A stretch of DNA of 14,577 nucleotides from Bdellovibrionota bacterium (GTDB taxonomy: Bacteria > Bdellovibrionota_C > UBA2361 > OMIW01), in the NCBI GenBank assembly GCA_044345055.1, contig JBIJBT010000071.1, positions 1-14,577 on the forward strand. The letters run 5' to 3'. Below, one piece after another: positions 1 to 6,672 of the stretch. Position numbers and translations under genes: made by a program. Below the pieces are notes generated by a model. The model made no database searches. It was not told where the DNA came from and saw only the letters and a program-made list of their open reading frames with translations. How positions within the stretch are numbered: the stretch's first letter is position 1; each line of letters begins with the position of its first letter.

Positions 1-921
1 GAATCGCTTCGACGGGTTGAGGAATTGGCGGGGGGTAAAAAGATACCTTTCATTGAGGGAGGTATCGGCGACCGAGAGTTACTAAAGCACCTTTTCAAAA
101 CTCACCCCATCTCCGCTGTTATCCATTTTGCAGGTTCAAAGGCAGTCGGTGAGTCGGTAGAGTCCCCTCTCCTCTACTATCGAAATAACATCGCAGGCAC
201 AACAACTCTTCTAGAGGAGATGGCTGAAGCGGGGGTTAGGCGATTTATTTTCAGCTCGTCAGCTACCGTTTATGGGGATTCCCCTAATGTTCCGTTCGCT
301 GAAGACCAACCGCTCGGCAAACCGAACAATCCGTACGGTAAAACAAAGCTCTTCATTGAGGAGATGTGCCGAGACCTTGCGGTATCCGACGCGTCGTGGC
401 ACATCGTACTGCTTCGCTACTTTAATCCAGTTGGTGCTCACGAATCGGGAATCATCGGCGAGGACCCGCGCGGTATTCCTAACAATCTGATGCCATTTAT
501 AACTCAGGTAGCCGTTGGTCGTCGTCAGACTCTCTCGATATATGGCTCAGACTACGACACCGCAGATGGAACGTGTGTGCGAGATTTTATTCATGTCGTA
601 GATCTAGCCGAGGGTCATGTCGCTGCGCTCAGAAAAATTGACGAGCTGTCGGGATGCACCGCGATTAATCTTGGCACGGGGGTGGGGTATTCAGTGCTCG
701 ATGTTCTCCACGGAATGGAGGATGCCGTTGGCAGACCGATCCCGCATCAATTTTCGCCACGTCGACAGGGGGATAGCCCAAAGACATACAGCGATCCAAC
801 GAAAGCAAAACTACTACTAGGTTGGCAGACGAACCGCTCTCTAGCCACCATGTGCGCTGATTCTTGGCGCTGGCAGGAGAAAAACCCGTTTGGTTACGGA
901 GAGAGCGATTCGAAGGAGTAG
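1..921 (+). CDS. galE: UDP-glucose 4-epimerase (5'-truncated; frame is open from base 1)
   Basis: Frame 1 reads ESLRRVEELAGGKKIPF from base 1 with no stop, so the true start lies upstream of the window and the TTG at 25 is internal. Motifs: IHFAGSKAVGES, FSSSATVYG, catalytic YGKTK (YxxxK), RYFNPVGAH, PNNL, RDFIHVVDLA. TAG stop at 919-921. Confidence 0.97.
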   Translation, partial: ESLRRVEELAGGKKIPFIEGGIGDRELLKHLFKTHPISAVIHFAGSKAVGESVESPLLYYRNNIAGTTTLLEEMAEAGVRRFIFSSSATVYGDSPNVPFAEDQPLGKPNNPYGKTKLFIEEMCRDLAVSDASWHIVLLRYFNPVGAHESGIIGEDPRGIPNNLMPFITQVAVGRRQTLSIYGSDYDTADGTCVRDFIHVVDLAEGHVAALRKIDELSGCTAINLGTGVGYSVLDVLHGMEDAVGRPIPHQFSPRRQGDSPKTYSDPTKAKLLLGWQTNRSLATMCADSWRWQEKNPFGYGESDSKE

Positions 922-930
922 CGGTTGGCA

Positions 931-962
931 AGGAGAGAAGATGGTAGCAGCTAGTACCATCT
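931..962 (-). terminator. Hairpin between convergent galE and gmhA; probable weak or bidirectional terminator
   Basis: AGATGGTA (939-946) / TACCATCT (955-962) form a perfect 8-bp stem with an 8-nt loop. On the minus strand it is followed by a pyrimidine-rich tail rather than a clean U-tract. Confidence 0.5.
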
Positions 963-1588
963 CATAAATCGGCGTAGTTTTCTGGAAACATTTCACGCTC
1001 AACCATCTCAATTAAGAGATGAATTATCTTAATATGCAGCTCTTGGGTGCGTTCGGTTGGCTGTGGAACGGATGAATTACGATCTGCCACGGCGCAGATA
1101 TCGATATCGGCTAGCGCGGAAAGCTGCGAATCGATCCGGCCAGTGAGAGCGATAGAAATCATCCCAGCAGCACGGGCTGCATTAACTGCTGCCACGATAT
1201 TCGGGCTGCTTCCGCTGGTGCTTATCGCGAGCAACACATCACCTGTCCGCCCGTGAGCCTCAACTCCCCGAGAAAAGACAGCTTCGAAACCATAGTCATT
1301 AGCCACACAGGTAAGATGCGATGGATCGCTGAGCGCAATCGCCGAGAGAGCGCGACGGTCTCGTCGAAACCGGCCCGATAATTCCTCGGCAAAGTGCATC
1401 GCATCGCACATTGAGCCGCCATTTCCACAGCTCAACACCCGCCCTCCCCGTTTTAAGCAATCGGTGATAACCGCAGCTGCCTTTGCTATCGCCTCACAGG
1501 TTTCTGGTTGCCGCAAAAATCCTGTAAGAATGTTAAGAGCCTGGATGAGCCCCCGCTCAACATGAACCAATCGCTCACCGTGCTCCAT
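962..1588 (-). CDS. gmhA: D-sedoheptulose-7-phosphate isomerase (phosphoheptose isomerase, SIS domain)
   Basis: CGNGGSMCDAMHFAEEL, ANDYGF, GDVLLAISTSGSS, QELHIKIIH motifs. SD-like GGGAGGG lies 6 nt before the ATG. Confidence 0.95.
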   Translation of the reverse strand: MEHGERLVHVERGLIQALNILTGFLRQPETCEAIAKAAAVITDCLKRGGRVLSCGNGGSMCDAMHFAEELSGRFRRDRRALSAIALSDPSHLTCVANDYGFEAVFSRGVEAHGRTGDVLLAISTSGSSPNIVAAVNAARAAGMISIALTGRIDSQLSALADIDICAVADRNSSVPQPTERTQELHIKIIHLLIEMVEREMFPENYADL

Positions 1589-1622
1589 ACCATACCCTCC
1601 CGAGCATTTCGCTCGTTATTGC

Positions 1623-3014
1623 TTAAACACCCACCGAACTCTGAGCGGTCATCAATCTAAAAATCTCACGAATCAACGATACATTATCTGAATGTCCCGT
1701 CATACGAGCAGTGATTTTCCCCTGAAGTCGTCGACCGAGCAGGTAAAGATCACCGATCGCATCGAGAATTTTATGTCGCACTAGTTCGTTCGGAAATCGC
1801 AATTCACTATTGATCGGGCCGTTCTCCCCCATAAGAACAAAGTTATCAAATCTCCCCCCGAGCGCTAATCCCTGCTTCTGTAGCTTGCTGATGTCGCGCA
1901 CGAAACCAAACGTTCGCGCCGAGGATATCTGCTCAACATACTCCTGCGGATCATCTCCGAGGGTAAATGAAAATTGGTGCTCCCCTACCGGTTCTGGATA
2001 CGAAAGAGAATAATCGATAGTCAAAGATTCGGCGGGCTCTAACCGGATGAACTCTCGATCGTCTCCCACCTGAATTGGCTCAGATACCGCGACATCAAAC
2101 CAATCCCCCTCCTGAGAAATGACCCCTACATTACTCAGCAAACTACAAAATTCCTGAGCAGAACCATCCATAACTGGCACTTCTCCGTTGCATTTGACGA
2201 GAATATTGGAGACTCCAAATGCACACAACGCTGACATCAGGTGTTCAATAGTGGCAGCCTGCGTATCTTCAAGGCGCAGCGTTGTCGCAAACCCCGTGGA
2301 ATGAACGTAAGAAACATGAGCTGGCACTGCTCGGTACCCTGAGACGCCAACAAAATGAATGCCAGAATTTGCGGGCAAAGGTTCAAGAATAAGCCCACTT
2401 TTTTGGCCGGAGTGCAGCCCCTGCCCATACAGAATCGCACTCGATGCAATCGTTCGTTGCGTTCGGGATCGCCCCCTTAGAAGCTGCGAACCAAAAACAA
2501 TGGGATTAATCGTTGTCTTACCCTCATCGCCTTCACGTATAGCCGCTCTACGATCGGCTCTTGAATCCAACGAATCGGTATCAAAAGAAAGGGCATGCGA
2601 CTCGGTTGATGTCTGGCGCAAAACGGCTCTTACCGCAGCAAGTAGCCGATCAAGATCGATCGGCTTCTCAATAAAATCAGCGGCACCTATGCGAGTCGCC
2701 TCTATAGCTGTTGCAATCGAGGCGTGACCACTCATCATAACGACGGGGATATTTGGCCACCGCTCCCTCAAAATCCGCAAAGTTTCTATCCCATCTAACC
2801 CCGACATCCAGATATCAAGGAGCACCAAATCGGGTCGCCGCTCAGCAACTACCTTGAGTGCCTCCTCGCCACTCTCGACCTGAATCGTCAGCAGTCCATC
2901 ATCCTGAAGAACTCCTTGAACAGCGCGACGAATCGCCGCCTCATCATCAACGATAAGAACCGTACGAACAGACGAAGGGCTCTTAGCAGCGTTATTATGC
3001 TCCGACAAACTCAT
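1623..3014 (-). CDS. lpxC: Fusion of an N-terminal response-regulator receiver (REC) domain to UDP-3-O-acyl-N-acetylglucosamine deacetylase (463 aa)
   Basis: REC at aa ~18-132: VLIVDDE, LVLLDIWM, MMSGH, DFIEKP. LpxC at aa ~186-463: QRTI..GQGLHSG, TIEHLMSAL, EVPVMDGSA, ARTFGF, RHKILDAIGDL, GH. Start moved from 3053 to the ATG at 3014 because AGGAG (3019-3023) precedes it. No stop or frameshift between the domains. Confidence 0.95.
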   Translation of the reverse strand: MSLSEHNNAAKSPSSVRTVLIVDDEAAIRRAVQGVLQDDGLLTIQVESGEEALKVVAERRPDLVLLDIWMSGLDGIETLRILRERWPNIPVVMMSGHASIATAIEATRIGAADFIEKPIDLDRLLAAVRAVLRQTSTESHALSFDTDSLDSRADRRAAIREGDEGKTTINPIVFGSQLLRGRSRTQRTIASSAILYGQGLHSGQKSGLILEPLPANSGIHFVGVSGYRAVPAHVSYVHSTGFATTLRLEDTQAATIEHLMSALCAFGVSNILVKCNGEVPVMDGSAQEFCSLLSNVGVISQEGDWFDVAVSEPIQVGDDREFIRLEPAESLTIDYSLSYPEPVGEHQFSFTLGDDPQEYVEQISSARTFGFVRDISKLQKQGLALGGRFDNFVLMGENGPINSELRFPNELVRHKILDAIGDLYLLGRRLQGKITARMTGHSDNVSLIREIFRLMTAQSSVGV

Positions 3015-4317
3015 ATAACTCCTGTGGTGTATCTGGGGTCCAGACCGTTGCATCGCGGCTCTGCCCTACTCCAACCATGACCACGGGCCGCTCCGTGATG
3101 GTAGCAACGTATTCAAGATACCGCCGCGCATTAACGGGGAGATCTGCAAAAGACCGGACTGAGGAGATGTCATCATCCCATCCAGGTAACTCATTGTAAA
3201 TAGGAACTATATCTTGGCTGGCCCGTCCAAAAATCGGCATCTCATCACAAACAGTTCCATCAGCCAGCTTATACCCTTCACATATCCGAATCGTTGAGCA
3301 TCCCGAGAGAACATCGAGTTTTGTCAACGCAATCCAATCGATTCCCGATACCCGTATCGCGTACCGAAGCGCGACCACATCGAGCCAGCCACACCGCCGC
3401 GGTCTGCCGGTAACCGTACCAAATTCAGCCCCCCGTTCCCGCAATCGATCTCCGATATCATCAAGCAGCTCGGTAGGAAATGGCCCGGAGCCAACGCGAG
3501 TTGTATACGCCTTAACGAGCCCCAAAACTCGCTCAACACTCCGTGGTCCTACCCCAACTCCACCGGCAATACCCCCTGCCGTTGTATGTGAGGAGGTCAC
3601 AAATGGAACCGTCCCGAATGCAACATCGAGTAAACATCCCTGTGCACCCTCAAAAACTATCCGCTCCTCTGCTCTAATAGCTCGGCTTATGGTGAGACTC
3701 ACATCACCCATAAACGGAATGACCCGCTCCCGAATAAGCGCTAGCTCCTCAAGGTGTTGTTCTAGACTCAACTCCTGCGTTACTCCAAAACAGGCAGAAA
3801 GATAACGCGAAACCTCTTTAAGGCGTTCTTTTAACACCGGGACGTAAACCGCCTCGTCGACCAGGTCTGCTAAGCGCAATCCACCCCGAGCCGCCCGCTC
3901 CTCATAAGCTGGACCGATCCCTCGTAAAGTTGTGCCGATTTTATTCGTACCACGAGCCTCTTCACGAGCCCTATCGATCTCGCGGTGATACGGCAACACC
4001 AGCTGCACGCGCCCATCAACAAGAAGCCGCTCTGGCGACACCACGATCCCGCCACCCTTTACACTCTCTATCTCCGCCAATAGAGCCCGTGCATCAAGAA
4101 CAACGCCTGCTCCAATGGCAACTCGACATCCCTCGCGAAGAACACCAGATGGCAGCAGATTCAACTTCACCGTTTTGCCATCAACGACAACGGTGTGTCC
4201 GGCGTTATTACCTCCCTGATACCGCACAACCCACCGAGCCTGTCGGGTGATGACATCAACGATCTTTCCTTTCCCTTCGTCACCCCATTGTGACCCGACC
4301 ACCGCAACTGTTTTCAT
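2995..4317 (-). CDS. purA: Adenylosuccinate synthetase
   Basis: QWGDEGKGK P-loop, QGGNNAGHT, KIGTT.RGIGPAY, EGAQG, AYTTRVGSGPFPTE, GTVTGRPRRCGWLD, TKLD. Confidence 0.98.
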   Translation of the reverse strand: MKTVAVVGSQWGDEGKGKIVDVITRQARWVVRYQGGNNAGHTVVVDGKTVKLNLLPSGVLREGCRVAIGAGVVLDARALLAEIESVKGGGIVVSPERLLVDGRVQLVLPYHREIDRAREEARGTNKIGTTLRGIGPAYEERAARGGLRLADLVDEAVYVPVLKERLKEVSRYLSACFGVTQELSLEQHLEELALIRERVIPFMGDVSLTISRAIRAEERIVFEGAQGCLLDVAFGTVPFVTSSHTTAGGIAGGVGVGPRSVERVLGLVKAYTTRVGSGPFPTELLDDIGDRLRERGAEFGTVTGRPRRCGWLDVVALRYAIRVSGIDWIALTKLDVLSGCSTIRICEGYKLADGTVCDEMPIFGRASQDIVPIYNELPGWDDDISSVRSFADLPVNARRYLEYVATITERPVVMVGVGQSRDATVWTPDTPQELYEFVGA

Positions 4318-4339
4318 TTTACCACCCTCTCAGGTCCAA

Positions 4340-4369
4340 CATTTCCCGAATCAGCTAAACCATTTCCCG
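4340..4369. repeat. Perfect 9-bp direct repeat CATTTCCCG-N12-CATTTCCCG in the truB-purA spacer
   Basis: Copies at 4340-4348 and 4361-4369, 21-bp period. Confidence 0.85.
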
Positions 4370-4379
4370 TCACATCAAA

Positions 4380-5264
4380 TTAAGGAGCGCACACGCAAAA
4401 TTGCCACCCCGCGTCCTCTTTTACGAAAAAAGTGTGCGGAGCGCCACCCGGTGAGTAGATGATGGCGTTTTTTGCCTCCGCTGGAGCTTCCTCTTCGAGT
4501 CGCGCAACAACTCGAGCAATTGCTCGCTCCCTTCCATGAACCAGATCACCGCAAATTTCCTCACCCTCTGAGCAACGAAATGCCCCCGGGAAAAGACGAT
4601 CCCAAGGCACTAGTGCCTCTGCAGTACAAAGCTCTAACGATATTGTTTGCTCAATTGAAAATGGGATCGACCCCTCACGACGCAACGAGACAAGGTGGGC
4701 TCCACACCCGAGAGCTCGACCAATATCGCGCGCGACCGACCTAATGTAGGTACCTTTTGAGCAGATTATCCGAAAAAAAGCGCGATACGATCCATCAGGT
4801 TGTGGCTCGAACCAGAGATCTAGTGAATCAATCACGACCGTTACCGGAGCAAGAGCCACTCGTTCTCCTTGACGAGCGAGCGAATAGGCCCTCTGGCCCT
4901 CTATTTTTTTTGCACTAAACTGTGGAGGTTCTTGCTCGATAGAGCCGACGAATCGCTTAGCAGCCTCTTGCGCCTCAACTAAGAGCGGCTTGACTCCCTC
5001 ACGCTTAATCACATTGCCGGTGCTATCATCAGTGTCAGTTTCATAACCAAATGCTATCTCAGCAAGATAGCATTTCCTGCCTGCAACAGCATGACTTGCA
5101 AGACGAGTTGTCCGTCCTACAAGAATAACCAACAAACCCGAGGCGAATGGGTCGAGTGTTCCGGCATGACCTATTTTATCAACCCGCAGCCGTCGCTTAA
5201 GAATGCCAACGACCGCCGCCGAACTCATTCCAACGGATTTGTCGATAAGTAGCAGCCCATTCAT
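4380..5264 (-). CDS. truB: tRNA pseudouridine(55) synthase
   Basis: KIGHAGTLDPFASGLL (catalytic Asp), ETDTDD, QEPPQFSAKK..G.RAY.LAR.G, CSKGTYIRS. Four-nt ATGA overlap with the upstream gene. Confidence 0.97.
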   Translation of the reverse strand: MNGLLLIDKSVGMSSAAVVGILKRRLRVDKIGHAGTLDPFASGLLVILVGRTTRLASHAVAGRKCYLAEIAFGYETDTDDSTGNVIKREGVKPLLVEAQEAAKRFVGSIEQEPPQFSAKKIEGQRAYSLARQGERVALAPVTVVIDSLDLWFEPQPDGSYRAFFRIICSKGTYIRSVARDIGRALGCGAHLVSLRREGSIPFSIEQTISLELCTAEALVPWDRLFPGAFRCSEGEEICGDLVHGRERAIARVVARLEEEAPAEAKNAIIYSPGGAPHTFFVKEDAGWQFCVCAP

Positions 5265-6265
5265 GACAACAGCGCGCTAGTGCTGACTGCTTCTTTGAGA
5301 CGCGGAAGGAGCACGGCTCTTAATTCATGCAACGGTTTCCGCCACCGAAATGCCGCGGCGGCTCTATGCCCTCCTCCGCCAAATGCAGCAGCAATTTCCG
5401 AAAGATTTATACCCTTATCCTTGGTCCGCAGACTAACTCTCCACAACCCCTCATCTTCTCGAATGAGCACACTGATAATAACGCCCGCGATATCTCGCGC
5501 CCGCTCACAGAGAACGGCCGTATCCTCCTCGATAGCCCCATATTTTTCATAATGTGAGCGCGGAACGATAAGCTCAGCGATAGCACCCCGCTCGTGCATC
5601 TGCATCTCTAGAAGAGCGGCAGATTGAAGCATAGTCCCCGCGAGAGAAACCTGAGAAAAAAGTTGTGATGCAACCTCGTGAGGAACGGCGCCTCTTTTTA
5701 CCAGCTCAAGCGCAACCTCGAATGTTCTCTGGGTTGTCGAGCCATACCGAAAAGATCCGGTATCACCATAAATCCCTGCTAGTAAACAGGTAGCCACAGA
5801 TGGAGTAATCGACGCCGCGTGATGTGAAAGAATTTCATAAACAACTTCGCTAGTTGAACTCGCTCCTACTTCAACTAGATTTATCGCCCCAAATCCTTCA
5901 TTTGATACGTGATGATCAATGTTAATAATTAGAGGTGAAGCAAGAACGGCTCCTTTGAGCGAATCCCCGACACGATCGAGCGCACCGCAGTCGCACACGA
6001 TAACGCACTCAGGTGTTTCTTTCGGGAAAACAGTTTGGACCTCGGACACACCGGGCATCCAGCCGTATCGATCGACGATACCCGATTCATTTATAAGGAC
6101 AGCCCGCTTACCGAGCTCACGGAGCGCAAGAGCAACCGCGGCCGAAGAGCCATATGCATCCGCATCTGGATTGTAATGGCTAACGACAACGAAGGAAGAA
6201 TGCTCTCGGATCACCTCAGCGACCCGAGCAACGCGATCATCAGAATCAATATTAGGAGAGCTCAC
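5261..6265 (-). CDS. nrnA: DHH/DHHA1 family bifunctional oligoribonuclease / pAp phosphatase (NrnA-like)
   Basis: SHYNPDADAYGS, VCDCG, IDHH, GIYGDTG, SLR and GGGGH motifs. GTG start overlaps the rbfA TGA. Position between rbfA and truB is common for this family. Confidence 0.9.
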   Translation of the reverse strand: MSSPNIDSDDRVARVAEVIREHSSFVVVSHYNPDADAYGSSAAVALALRELGKRAVLINESGIVDRYGWMPGVSEVQTVFPKETPECVIVCDCGALDRVGDSLKGAVLASPLIINIDHHVSNEGFGAINLVEVGASSTSEVVYEILSHHAASITPSVATCLLAGIYGDTGSFRYGSTTQRTFEVALELVKRGAVPHEVASQLFSQVSLAGTMLQSAALLEMQMHERGAIAELIVPRSHYEKYGAIEEDTAVLCERARDIAGVIISVLIREDEGLWRVSLRTKDKGINLSEIAAAFGGGGHRAAAAFRWRKPLHELRAVLLPRLKEAVSTSALLS

Positions 6266-6606
6266 TGTCTTGCAATCCTCGCCATCAAAGATGCTACCTC
6301 ACCCTGCACATCAAGGGTGTCGTCGTAGATAAATGCCAGAATCGGAGCAACCCTCAGCTTCAGCTCCTTACCAACCCGCGTTCGCAGACAACCAGAGGCA
6401 GAATCAAACGCATCCTTGACCTCTGCTCGCCGCTCGGCGCCGCCACTGACGACCCAGAACACTTTAGCGTGTCGTAGGTCATTACTCACGATAACTGAGG
6501 TCACCGTAACAAGATGGAATCTTGGATCGGAGAGTCTCAGGAGCTCGCGCGCTACAACCTCCTGAATCCGTTCTCCGACCTTAAAAGTTCGTCGCCGTCC
6601 GCTCAT
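6262..6606 (-). CDS. rbfA: 30S ribosome-binding factor A
   Basis: R..KVGERIQE, DPRFHLVTVTSV.VSNDLRHAKVF, LKLRVAPILAFIYD. Lies directly downstream of infB. Confidence 0.96.
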   Translation of the reverse strand: MSGRRRTFKVGERIQEVVARELLRLSDPRFHLVTVTSVIVSNDLRHAKVFWVVSGGAERRAEVKDAFDSASGCLRTRVGKELKLRVAPILAFIYDDTLDVQGEVASLMARIARQ

Positions 6607-6627
6607 GATACCGCTTGGAGCTTTTAC

Positions 6628-6650
6628 AAAAAATGTGGACCCCGCGGTCC
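6628..6650 (-). terminator. Putative weak intrinsic terminator between infB and rbfA
   Basis: Minus strand reads GGACC-GCGG-GGTCC-ACA-TTTTTT: a 5-bp GC-rich stem with a U6 tract offset by 3 nt. Confidence 0.45.
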
Positions 6651-6672
6651 GAAGTACTGCTTAAACTCCGCC

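Noticed and set aside
3015..3053. Longer N-terminus (MQRSGPQIHHRSY) of the REC-LpxC ORF given in the track
   Set aside because: It lies deeper inside purA with no clear SD, whereas the ATG at 3014 has AGGAG just upstream.
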